NCBI GenBank assembly: GCA_013265495.1
Contig: MU063487.1
Coordinates: 1,426,001 to 1,490,000, forward strand
Direction: 5' to 3'
DNA length: 64,000 bases
DNA from: Vicugna vicugna
Taxonomy: Eukaryota
Both the position numbers and the translations under genes were made by a program. The first letter of the stretch is position 1, and each line of letters opens with the position of its first letter. This document shows positions 1 through 62,955 of this stretch, in pieces. Below the pieces are notes generated by a model. That model did not search any database. It had not been told where the DNA came from and was given only the letters and a program-made list of their open reading frames with translations.

Positions 1-1715
1 CCTTCACCAGGTCCTCCAGGTGCCGGCCAGCTCTAGGGCGCATCCGCCTGCCCTGTGGCCACTGTGGCCAGGTCAGGGCAGCCCCTTCCTAGATAGCTGG
101 TCTCCTCCCGGGTCCTCGGCCACCCGGGGCCACGCGTCCCAGTCAACGCCCTGCACTCTCAGTGTCGTGGGGATGGTCGCCGGTGGCAGGCCTGGCATCC
201 TGCAGCCAGTGGGCAGCAGCGGGGTGAGGAGAGGGTGGCCGGACAGACCCTTACATACAGCAGGGTCCCGAGGTGGGTCATCTCCTCTCAGCCCATGGCA
301 GCGGGGAGAGAGCAGGACCCCAAGCGCACCCAGAGGGGCTCACCACCTCAAACAGCCAAGGCCCCCTCCTCCTCCCAAAGGAGTGACCGTGATTGTGTGT
401 CCGGCGAAAACCTTCCGGCCACAGCATCTCTGCCGGTCTTCACAGGCCTTGTCAGGAGATCAGACTCCTCGCGGGGCCTCTGCCCACACCGCGGCCCTCC
501 GATCGCCTCCCTCTGCTTGCGGTAGCTGCCAGTGCTGAGAAGGGCGCGGGCAGAGCTGTGAAAGGGCTGTGGTCCCGATCTTTACTGACCAGACCGCAGA
601 GCAGCCCTGGGGGAGTTCCGGGAGCCCCTTTGCCTTTGTGCGCGTCTGTGAGATGAGGGATTTGTCACCCAACCTACTTCTCAGCCCGAGACCGTGGCCC
701 TGTCCTCTGTTTGCAAATCTCAATGGTTCTGTTTTCTCCAAAGTAGAACATGTCCACTAGGGTCTGCATCAGACGAGGTCAGGGTGAGGCTCCCGCGTCG
801 GCAGGTGACCCGGGCATCACTCCTGTCCGCCGGGCGGTGCCGGTTGTCACCGGGGAGCCGGGCGGCCTGGGGCGACCTGGGTCCGCAGGTGGTTGGGCCC
901 ATCTGCAGAGACCCGAGTGGGACGAGCTGCGCTTGCGTTTCATTTCCGCCGCTGCCGCTGCATCTCAGTCCGCCCTGCAGGCCCGCGCGGTGGGTGGGGT
1001 CCGGGGGGCTGCACCGAGCCCGCAGGCAGTGCCGGTTGGTTCATAACTCAGTGCCCCGACACGTGGGATAACCTTCAACAGCAAACTCAATGACTCAGTT
1101 GGTAAACACAGAAGCTGGCGTTCTTTCCAAGGATCTCTGTGAGAATTGTCTGGAGAGTAACCTCTGTGGGAAAGGGAGTGTGTGAATCCACATAGACGAT
1201 CGTGTGGTGTTTTCAGCATTGATTCTTTCTCTGACGACACACCTCTTCGTTCAGTTCTGTTACCCAAAACAAAGACCAAAGAAGGCCAATCTCTCAGTTG
1301 ACTCTGTATTTTTAACCTGCCTGTTTTAAAAATTGCCATCTGTAGTAACCACTCGCTGTGAGGACCCATCTTGACGTCCAAGTGATTGTGACCAGTGATT
1401 CACGTCCCGTGTTTTTCTGCTCTTCTAAGAAAAAAAAAACCCACAAAAAGACAGTGTAAGTTATTGCTCAGCAATAATCATGTTGTTCCTGCGGGCTAAC
1501 AACATGTCTGATTTCCCGACAGCATTATTATGTTTTCTATTTTTGTTTACTGTTTATTGTGTATGTTTTATTTGGTATTTATTTGTGTTTTGAGGTCTTG
1601 CAATGTTTTTGTGTTTCTGATGCTAATAACTGACGTTTGTAAGAGTGTAGAATGCAGAACTCTGAAATGCTGAACGGTCTTATTAGAGAAAATAAATCTG
1701 ACTAAGGAGTCTGGG
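1..1715 (+). other. TRAF3: Probable distal 3' UTR of TRAF3 (gene body lies left of the window)
   Basis: No convincing ORF; U/GU-rich tract 1530-1620, AATAAA 1691-1696 and GU-rich downstream element, then abrupt return to GC-rich DNA. Identity inferred from TRAF3-AMN-CDC42BPB synteny, not from coding sequence. Confidence 0.6.
1691..1696 (+). terminator. TRAF3: Polyadenylation signal AATAAA of the upstream gene
   Basis: Canonical hexamer after a U-rich tract, followed by gggtgtcttt. Confidence 0.65.
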
Positions 1716-4700
1716 TGTCTTTATCACACTGACTCACCTGTGCGGCCACATGGCCGTGGCCCTGGGCTCCGGGCTCCGGGCCCTCTCTCCTGCCAGGGCC
1801 CCTGCCATGCCTGGTGGGGCCCGCAGAGCTGGGGTCCCCTCCCAGTTCCACCACTTTCTTGGCTGTAGGACTTTGGGGTTCCTGTCTGTCAGAGGGAAGG
1901 ATTGTATCTACCTCCTTTCTGAAACTAGGGGGCTCTTAAAAAGCCACACCAGCGCTGACACTGCGGGTGGTTGTGGGGGCTCCGGCAGCAGCTCCCAGTG
2001 GGGCGACGGCGGGACACGGAGCCAGCACGGCTCCTGCCCGACGCAGAACCAGCAGGGCGGGTCTTGTATTTCCCCAGGTGGTCGTGTGGGTCAGGCCCAG
2101 CAGCAGGAAGCCCTGCGTCTCCTGCAAGTTTCCCCCAAATTACCAGGCGTGGGGGCTGCTTTCCACACTGCAAAGCAGGGGAAAGACCCTGGAAACCTCT
2201 CAGCCCTGCCCCCACTGTCCCTGCTCCTTCAGGTGCCAGCACCGCAGCCCCGCTCAGCCTCACCCGTTCTCCAAGTCACCGCCTGGGGCCAGAACCCAGG
2301 GGAGAGGCCCGGGCCTCCATGTTCGGCCCACTGGGCAGCAGGAAGGGGCAGCCCAGGAACAAGCCCCCAAGAGCCGCTCCCCGCCAGGGCCCCAGGGCCT
2401 GGCTCCTCACTGTCATCATTGTTTCTGCCACCCCCCTAGGCCGGGGAGCACACCAGGGGTCTGTGGCCTCCAGGGCTTTCTAATGCGGGGTCAGTCCATG
2501 TGTCTGGGTGTCCCAAGGGCACATGCCCCTTGCACTCCGCCCATCTCCCCGGCGCTGAGCGAGACCTCTGGCGGCCCAGTGTGGACAGCGCCTCTGACGG
2601 GAGGGCGGCCCGGGCTGGAGCCAGCCGCGCTCAGAGCCCTGTGTGCCGGGGTCTCCAGCTCCCCTAGAGGGGCCGCTCAGCGGATTTCAGAAACCAGGTC
2701 CTCTGCTTTCACACTTCGGGAGTTTATGTCACTGAGGCCAAGAGGACGGGAGATCGTCAATGACCCCCAGGAAGAAGGGCACACCCCCCAACTCCTAGGG
2801 AGACACGGGGCTCTGGGCAGCGGCAGGAGCGGGCATGGTGAGGAGGGGGGTGCTCCGAGCTGGACCTCTGATGGATGGAGACTTGGCCTCTGTCCCTGGA
2901 GTCCACACCGGGGCCACCGCTGTCCCAGCCACTGAGGCCCGGGGTGGCCGTGACCCTGGCCTGGGAGGGTCAGGCCTCCCGCTGTGACCCTCTCGCCTCC
3001 CTCCGCTCGGCACAGGGGCTGAGCCCTGCAGTGAAGCAGACCCCTGGGTGAGCTGGGGACTTGACCGAGCCAGGCCACAGGAGCCACCACCAGGCCACAC
3101 AAGGGCCACTGCCTTGTCCCCGCTGCATCCGAAGCAGAACTGCCCCCGCCCCAGGCACCCAGGACCGAGCCGGGACGTGTGCCTGGAATCCCAGTCCACC
3201 TGCTCTTGCCAGGGACACCCGTCCCCTGCGGGGCCGATCTCAGTGGGAAAAGCTCAGCCTGGAGAGGAGGGGGCGCAGCCCGGAAGCCCGCCCTGTGCTC
3301 TACTTTCTCCTGTGTGGCCCGTTTGCGGTGGCGCTCGGATCTGCGCATGTGGCGGTGCTGGGACCACATGGGCCATGTTTCCAGCTTCCTGAAGATAGAC
3401 AGCCATTGGACCTAAATCCCACACCAGCGGCCTCCATCACCACCACCACCACCAGGACAACCCGGGCTGGACAGGAGAAGCGCCTCGACCCCTCAGAGGA
3501 GCGGCGGGCCTGCGTCCCTGGAGCGCTTCAGCCCCCGAGGCCTCGTCCTGGGCCTGGGCCACTAGGGCAGAAGTTAGAGGTTGTGGAAGCTCTGAGTGAC
3601 CTCGAGCCCGCAGGCTCTATCCTTGCTCCCAGGTGACCCTGGACTCTAGGTGAGGCCTTGACGAGGCACAGCTCGGAAACCCATGAGCCACTTGTCCCCG
3701 CCAGGCCCAGGGGACACGGCTTGGAGCTGAGGGCCAGGAGAAGGCTGGCCCCACGTTGGGTGTCAGAAGCCGCAGGCAGAGCCCCCGGCCAGGTCCCTGG
3801 GTTTGACATCAGCCTGCGCGCCCAGGCAGTCTTGGGGTGGCATGATGGCAGGGGAAAAGTGCTCTGTGGATGGCGGGGGCATGTGCTCAGCCAGTGGTGG
3901 CCACACACCTAGAGGTAAACACCTTGTGGGGACCTCGGCCAGCTAGCAGGATGGCCAGGTCCCGGACCTGGCTTCAGGTCATTCAGCTGAGGGTCCTCCA
4001 ACCAGGGACAGGTGCCCTGGGAATGAGGGACCACATGGTGGCCAAGGCCCTGGGCTCCAGAAGGCTCCCACCCCCCGTGGAGTTTGGGGCTTGGGCACCT
4101 TGTTGATACATATGGCCCAGCCCCACTGTGGGCAGCCCTCAAACTTGGCCCTCATGTGGCCTGAGCCTCGTCCACTCGCTGGTCCTGGCCCAGCCAGTCC
4201 CGAGGGTGACAGCAAGGGTTTGGAGCACCAGATAGCATCCGTGACTCCACTGTGGCTCTTCTAAACCCAGAGGCCTGTGAAGTTCCCCCAACAAAGTTCT
4301 TCTTGGTACAAAGGGGCAGGCGACAAATTAAACCTCCCACCAGGGAGGGCAGGAGAGGGCAGGTGGGACAGTGCAGGCCCGAGTAGACCCTCGCGAGAAG
4401 CCTCCCCAAGGTGGGGGGTTTAGCGACCTGCTCGGGGCAGCTCCCAGGTCAGCACCCCACTGCTGTCCTCCTGTCCCATCGTCTGCAGACAGAAAAGGGG
4501 TGGAGTGTCCTGGGGCAGAGCATCTTCCTCTTCCTGCTGCCCTGGGAGGGCCACCGCCACCTGGCTTTGCAGGTGAAGGATGAAACAGGCTGAGAGAATT
4601 GTGGAGCCTTACAGCATTCAAACCTGCACCGTAGCCTGTCCACACCCGTGCTGGACAACCAGAGGTGCCCACCTGACCCCCCTTGCCGATGGGCAGCCCG

Positions 4701-4739
4701 CTCAGCCCTGGCCAAGCCAGGTGACGAGCCCCCCAGCCC

Positions 4740-5157
4740 ACACCTTCCTGGGCTCCCTCTCACACACGTGAAACCCAGCCTCCAGCACCAGCATGGCCTT
4801 AGCACTGCCCCGGCCTCACCTTACGCATGTGGTCTTCTCACCCTCCTTGAAGCCTTGCTCATGCTCCTGCTTCAGGGCCTTTGCACCTGCTATTTCCTCT
4901 TACTGTAGATTTCCCAGGTCTCAGTGGAGTGTCACTTCCTCCCAGAGGCCTGCCCTGGCCATCTTGCCTTAAGGGCTCCTGCACACCCTCCCAGCACACT
5001 CCAGCCTTCCCCGAATGCTTCATGCTTCTACAGAGCCCTGCCAGAACCAGGGAGCATCGTGTGTCCAGCATCCGTCTCCCCATCCAACCTCAAACCCAGA
5101 AGGCTGTACTCCCAGCCCTGCTGCAGGCCTGGCACCAAGTGTGTGGATGAATGAAAG
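4740..5157 (+). mobile_element. LINE-2 3' fragment, highly diverged
   Basis: L2-like cagggcctttgcacctgct and tgtcacttcctcccagaggcctgccctg, ending in ggatgaatgaa. Confidence 0.55.
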
Positions 5158-6324
5158 GCCCAAAGAGAAATCCGGAGGTTGGTAGGGAAGCCACAGGTCA
5201 AAAGGTGGGGCCCAGGTCCAAGTCCCTGAGCCCTGGCTGGCAGAGGCTGTGTGAGCTGCAGGGCCTGGGAGGTGACCTGCCTGCCTGGGGGGAGTGTCAG
5301 TCACCTCTTCCTCTCATGGATATTTTTTGAGCATCTTCTATGTTCCAGGTGGTCCATGGAGTGTGAACAAAGTCCCATGGGCCCCACAGGGCATGTGGTG
5401 TCAGATTTGATGGTGAGGTTGTGTGTGGCCAAGGTGCCTTCTCTGGGGAGGTGACTGTGCAGACACCTGAGTAAAGGGAAGCCGTTCTGAGGGGGGCTGC
5501 CCTCCATGCTCCCACTGCCCCCACCCCATGTTGTCCAGGAATAGAGCCATGCATGTTGGAGCCTCAGTCCCTCCAGAGGGACATTAAGGCCCAGAGAGGT
5601 GCAGGGACCTGCCCAAGTCAGGGACAAAAGTGCAGGAGAAGGAGCTGGAGGACTAACCTGGGGGGTGGCTCTGTCTCCAGAGAGTTGTGGGGAAGGAGGG
5701 GTGGGGGAGCTCCTCTCTGGGCCACCCTCTGATCGCTGGACTCTCCCCTGTTCAAGGATTCCCCTTTCAGAGATATGGGTACTCCCATACCCCACAGCAG
5801 ACCAGCCACTACTCCTCCTGTTCTGCCACAGTCAACCCAGCCTGTGGCTGCAGCTGAGACCTCATCCTTCCCGTCTCTGCTTTAATGCCACCTCTTCTAG
5901 GAAGCCTTCCTTGACTGCTATGGAGTATGGCGCTTCCTGTCAGCCCTACATGTGGCCACAGCCAAGCTCAGGACAAGGCAGACCCACCTTCCCCATCCCA
6001 GGCAGCTCTGGCACCGCTGAGCCACTGAGAACAGGTACCCCGATCCCACCCAGGTTAAAGGGCGGAACCAGCTGGTGTGCTCACTCCCTTTTTCCCAGCC
6101 AGGGAAGTCGCTGTTCCCACCCAGGGTGTAAGGCAGTGAGAGTGCCCCCAATGATGGGCCCCATCCTCCTTGGATGAAATATCTGGTATCTGGGAGAAGC
6201 AGAGACCAGTCAGACTGAGGCGTGCTAATGACGGGAGGTCTGCAGGTGAGGGATGGGCGCGGATGCAGGAGAGGACAGGGAGAGCTGGAGGGAGGAAGGT
6301 GCTGAGTAGTTCCCCTTCCCCCAC

Positions 6325-7560
6325 AGTCCTCCATCTAAACATTCTCCTCCATCATCTACCCTTCCATCCATCCTTCCATATTCACTTATCAACCACCGGG
6401 TCATCCTGAACCCAGTGGCCTTCCCCTGCCACCAACCATAACCAATGATGCACCATCTGTTGGTCTCCCACCACCCACAGATTCCCCCATCCATGTGTCC
6501 ATTGATTCCCAGACCATCCCCTAATAATCAGCTCACCATTCACCCCACCACCCATAAGCCCACTGTCCATCATCCAGTTTACCATGCCCAACCTATCTAC
6601 CTGCCCGTTCACCCTCTGCCACTCTGTCCCCAACAAATCCATCCTCCACTCACTCACCACCATCCATCCTTGTGTGCATCATGCAGAGCCAAGCGTCCAT
6701 CTCTCTGATTAAACACCCCAAACACATTCCTCCACCATTTCTCCATCTATTCATCTATCCTGTACTCATTCAGTCTGTCCACCTGTCCATCCATCCATCC
6801 ATCCATTTATATCCAGTCATCATGTCTACTCTCAAACATCCATCCACCACCTCCTTAGCAACCATCCATTCACAGTTCATCTAAACCCCATTTGCCATTC
6901 ATTTATTCATCAATCCATTCATCCACCATTCATCCTCATTTCCCATCCATTTCCATCCATCTGCCATCCAAAATCCACCACCTTTTTTCACCCACCATCC
7001 ATCTCAATAAGTCATCCATCATACACATCCATTTAACATCTACAATTTATCTTTCAGTCACCATCCATCCATTTATGCAATCACCATTCCACTGACTACC
7101 CTTTCCACCATTCTTCTTCATCCAGCTACCATCTACCATCCATCAACCATCCCTCCAGTCTACCCTTCTTTATCCATCCATCCATCAACCATCCTTCCAG
7201 TCTACCCTTCTTTATCCATCTATCCACCATCCATGATCCACCACCCGTCCATTTATCCATCCACTACCCACTAACAACTATCTCCATTCACCTGTCACCC
7301 ATCAGCTGTCTACTCATCATCAACCATCGCTCCTCAATCCATCTGGCATCCACTATCCAGCCACCACACATCCATCCATCCATCATCCAACAGTCATCCC
7401 ATCACCCACCACTCATTTTCCATCCACTGTCCCTTAATTCCCATCCATTCATTTATTCTCTTCCCATCTCCCATTCATCCATTCCTCATTCATCCACTAA
7501 CCAGCACAGAAACACTCCCCCACTCACCATGCACCCACTGTCAACCATTCACCATTCCTC
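6325..7560. repeat. Degenerate (CCAT)n/(ATGG)n low-complexity repeat, ~1.2 kb
   Basis: Dense ccatccatcc-type units, + strand nearly free of G; 42-nt tandem duplication at 7141-7224. Confidence 0.9.
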
Positions 7561-7869
7561 CATACACGCTACACCAGGCACCCTCAGCGGTTACTACCCA
7601 CACCCTCCAGCCCAGGAGGCAGGAGGGCCTGCTTAGAAGAGTGAACTCCCAGCCCCAATAGGTGGGCCCACTGGGTGTATTCCCAGCCGCATCTGGGACC
7701 AAGCCAGGAGGAGCCCAAAGGTTGTTTACTGCCTGCCCCCAACATCCCCGTTTCTTTGGGCAGCTCCATCTCCACAAGCCCCTTTCTCTGAGCACCCTGG
7801 AAGGCTGAGAGTGTGAGAGGGATGGTGGCACAGCAGGCGTCTGGAGGGGCCGAAGAGTCATTGCAGGCG

Positions 7870-7987
7870 AGTCTGGAGGTAAATGTGTAACCATCCTTGG
7901 TGGCCCCCACCCCACCCCCGCCCCACCCGATCACGTGGGCCCCGCGGGGCAAAGTCTCCTGGTCCAAGACGCCTAACCCCAGGCGAG
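7870..7987 (+). promoter_or_regulatory. AMN: AMN proximal promoter/5' UTR with HNF1-like, GC-box, E-box and HNF4-like motifs
   Basis: GTAAATGTGTAAC 7879-7891, ccccacccccgccccc ~7907-7925, CACGTG 7932-7937, GGGGCAAAGTCT 7946-7957, immediately upstream of ATG 7988. Confidence 0.55.
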
Positions 7988-15935
<7,948 letters not shown>

Positions 15936-16031
15936 GCTGCGTAACCGGCCCGTCCCGCGGGCCTTGCGGGATCCCCACCCCCTCCGCTCCCCCCGCCTCC
16001 TCCGCTGGTCAAGGATAGGGTGGCCTTGCCC

Positions 16032-16037
16032 AATAAA
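16032..16037 (+). terminator. AMN: AMN proximal polyadenylation signal AATAAA
   Basis: Canonical hexamer ~100 nt after the stop codon. Confidence 0.8.
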
Positions 16038-16779
16038 GGGCTTTCCTGCACCTGTGTCAGCCCTGGACACACTAGCTACTCTTTTGCTCCTGCCTGGTGG
16101 GAGCTGGAGGGTCAGGTTGGACGGTGAGGGGTGGTCCTCAGAGCCCCTGCCGCTGGCCCCTGGCCACCTACCGACGGCGATCTTGGAGACTACCTGTAGG
16201 GTGGGGCGGCCAGAGGCTTCTGGCCAGAACTAGGAGGGGCCTGCCCCTGTGCTGGAGGAGCCCGGCAGGCAAGGGGGGTACTGCAGCAGGAGTGGTGGGG
16301 AGAGGCAAAGCCGGGTGAGACACCAGCTGAGGGTGGAGAGGTGGCTGCTCCCCTACCTCTTGTCAAGCTGCTCAGGCCAGGCCGTGTGGGGCTGGGCCAG
16401 GGCCAGACAGGTGGACCTGGACTTCCACCAGACTGGGTAGTGTGGACTGCCTAGGGAGGGGTCCCAGGGACACAGTAGGTGTATCCCCTCGGCTGGGGGC
16501 AGGGGAGAGCTGCCCTCACGCAGTGGTGGAGCTGGTCAGAGCGCTGGCAGGTGTGTCCTGCCAGGCTGGGTGAGGGGTGGGGAGGTGTCCATCACTCCAA
16601 GGCTAGGCCTTGCCCTCCTGCTTCTGAGGATGGCTCCGATCTAGGGGTGGGCATCAGGGCTGTGCAGCCCTGAGTGGGATACTCAGTAGGTAGGTATGTG
16701 ATGGGGCAGGAGAGGGATGGTGAACCACACTTGTGCGTGTAAAACTGTGCTGACAGGTGCCCAGCCTGAACTGTCAGGG

Positions 16780-17000
16780 AGGGACACTTCTGTGTAACCA
16801 GCACCTGGAAACATCGCCCCCTCCCGAGGGCAACCACTCTACCGGCTTCTAGCGTAGTGGATTAGTTTACTGGTTTTTAAGCTCTCGACACTGGAAGCCG
16901 TGCTCCGGGGCCGGCATCCTGCATGCGGTTGCGGGTGTTGCCATGTTACGCCCGGTGCTGTGTAGCCTTCTGTGGAGTGAAGGCCACCATTCATTCTGCT
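16780..17000 (-). mobile_element. Degraded LINE-1 3' end fragment
   Basis: gggcaaccactctaccggcttctagcgtagtggattagttt resembles the reverse complement of an L1M 3' end. Confidence 0.4.
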
Positions 17001-18169
17001 TCAACAGCTAGTGTTTCACTGAAAAGACGGCTGACCCTGGAGCACCTGCTTCAGACCTGACAGGTGCTCCCCTCATGGCAGGGCAGACATCAAGTGGGAG
17101 CCCAGGGCGGGAGGGCAAGACCCAACCCCACCTCTGACCCTGAGGCCCGGCTGCCCACTGCCCCACATGGCCGCTCAGCACTCGCCCAAGCGCGTTTCTT
17201 GTTTTCCAGCTGCTGTGATTTCACTCAAGTGTCCCTGAAAGCCTGTGCCTGTGCCTTGTGTGGTCCCCTTCCAGGGACAGGTGGGGGATTGTGTCTGCAC
17301 CTAAAGTTTGCTACATTCCTCCCCAGGCTGTGACCACAGGCCCACAGTGAGATGGACTGGGGCACGCTGGGCCCTGGCGTGGGCTGTTTTGGCCTCGGAA
17401 CCAGCCTCATCTGCCAGACGCTCGCTGGCTGTCTGCACTTAGCGTGTCCTCACGCCACCTCTTTGGCAGGTGCTGTCACTGCCCTCATCTCACCAAGAAC
17501 TTACTGGTGGGGCAGAGCGAACAATGTAGCGTAGCCCACCACAGGCTGCTCCCTCCCATGGGGGCCAGAGCCCCCAGGGTAGCCACCCCGCCCACTCAGC
17601 CCAGCCTCCCTGGGGGTGGCCAGCTTTACCCTATCCACCAGGGGCTACTGAGGGGCCAGTGTACGTCCCTCCAGCACAGCTTCCCTCATGGGGCCTCTCG
17701 GGGCTCATGGGCGCGTCACCCCCTCCCAGCACTGGGACCCCAGGTGCATCCCCTGCCTGGCAGCTGGCCCTAATCCATGGTCCTCAAGGGCTCCCACTGC
17801 CTTCAGGCTGAGCTCCCAACCTCCTGGCCGGGCTGCTACTGCCACCTGGGGGCCCCTCTCTCCAGTCAAGAGCCCACACCTGACCCTGCCTACCATGGGG
17901 CAGGGCGTCTCCAGGAGGCCCCCACTGTGACATCGGCAGACAGGTAAGAGGTCCAGGCTCTGGAGGTCACATCCTGTCACATGGACACGGGCACTCTTAA
18001 CCTTGAGCCGCTGCCCTCCCCAAGCAAGGATCAAGAATGGCTTCCACAGGCAAGATGGTTCCTTCACTGCCTTTTAGGGAGGGGCTCCCAGCATAGGGCA
18101 CTGGGGTGGGGGGTGGGGGAGCACAGACATAGAGTGACAGGTGATCATGTTCAGCCAAACCACTGAGCA

Positions 18170-19432
18170 CTTTAAAACTGCTGTCTTCTGCTTTATTGAC
18201 AGGTAAATTGTTCAAAAATGTTCTCACGATTCAATAATTACAAAGACTCAGACTTACATTAAAAAAGTAAAAACCAGAACCCCCAGCAGGTGCCAGCCCC
18301 AGCAGAAGGCCCGGGGGCGAGGGCGGGCAGGTGCTGGGTGCATGACACGCACAGGCAGGCCTGGCACCCACGTCACTCAGTGCCGACTCAAGGCAAGTGC
18401 ATGTCTTTAACAGCGTCGCCAAGAACGGTGGCCAGTGGGAGAGCAGGGAGAAGCCTATTCCAGGGCCGAGGACAAACTGTGTCTGTTGGCCAGTAAATCA
18501 CAAGCCTTTACAGGGACACGCCACCATCTGACAACTCACACACGCTGTGGGCAGGGCAGAGCAGGGCCGCTGCGTGGGAGTGTGGTGCTGAGTCTACACC
18601 ACCCAGACGGCACTAGTCCTGGGGCTCCATGCGGGGCTGGGGGTCCTGGCGCCCGCTGCTGGGCTCCCGGGGCCCTGGCTGCTCAGCCCGCAGGCCTTGG
18701 GGCCGAGCTGCACCCCAGCGCTCACTGGTTTTAGGGCAGGAGGCAGAGCTGCAGAAGCGAGCGGGAAACAGCACAGCTGACTTCACAGTAGTAGATACTG
18801 GTGACACTTCATGGTTGTGACCAGGACTGGACTGACACACATGAGGGACCCAGGGCAGGGCAGGCGTCACTCGAAAAGGGCCTCAGTCCATGGCTACAAG
18901 GTTGGCAGAAGAGCTTCTGCATCTGACTATGTAATGGCTAAATGAACAGAAAGGCCACAAACTAACCTCCACTTTCCTCTGTCTTCAAAATTCTAGTGAC
19001 ACAGGGAATGGTATACAGGTTCCTACTATTCTCCTAAGGGCCTAGGAAACAGTTTCCAGAAACAGGGAGCAGACTTGTTAATGAGGCCACGTCCCGAGCT
19101 GTCTGCTTCCTGAGCAGAGCAGTGCTGGGCCACCGGGTTCCTGCAGAGGAGGCTGGCCCCACGCGCCCCCTCAGCTGTCCTGGGCAGGAGAGGTGGCGTG
19201 GCGGTCCTTCATGTGCAAAAGGAACAGCGTGGCCTCACAGCTGTGCAGATGAGGGGATCTGGTCTACCGCCACAAACAACGCGGCATAAAACTGATCATT
19301 ATTATAATAAAGAATTTTCATCTCCGTATCTACAAATCGATTCTACATTTCCTTGGACAACACTGGAGGGTCAGCTCAGTCTTGGCACTGACATGAGAAG
19401 CCCCCCAGCCCTGTGGCGGTGAGCCGGCGGCT
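18170..19432 (-). other. CDC42BPB: CDC42BPB 3' UTR
   Basis: Lies between TGA (19433-19435) and minus-strand AATAAA (18192-18197) with upstream UGUA motifs; cleavage site approximate. Confidence 0.8.
18192..18197 (-). terminator. CDC42BPB: CDC42BPB polyadenylation signal AATAAA
   Basis: + strand tttatt at the end of an AT-rich UTR tail. Confidence 0.8.

Positions 19433-62955
<43,523 letters not shown>

Noticed and set aside
20-6334. Many 60-322 aa ORFs between TRAF3 and AMN (e.g. 1967-2935, 1750-2439)
   Set aside because: Pro/Gly/Ala/Arg-rich, overlapping in several frames, no recognisable domain or splice structure; expected at this GC content.
6382-7095. His/Pro/Trp-rich ORFs
   Set aside because: Translations of the (CCAT)n repeat.
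7883-7987. Upstream in-frame ATG that would add 35 aa to AMN
   Set aside because: It lies within the putative HNF1 site and probably upstream of the TSS; ATG 7988 has a strong Kozak context and starts a clean signal peptide. CAGE would settle it.
17635-17650. CTCF-like CCACCAGGGGCTAC
   Set aside because: One G short in the core, which breaks the motif spacing.
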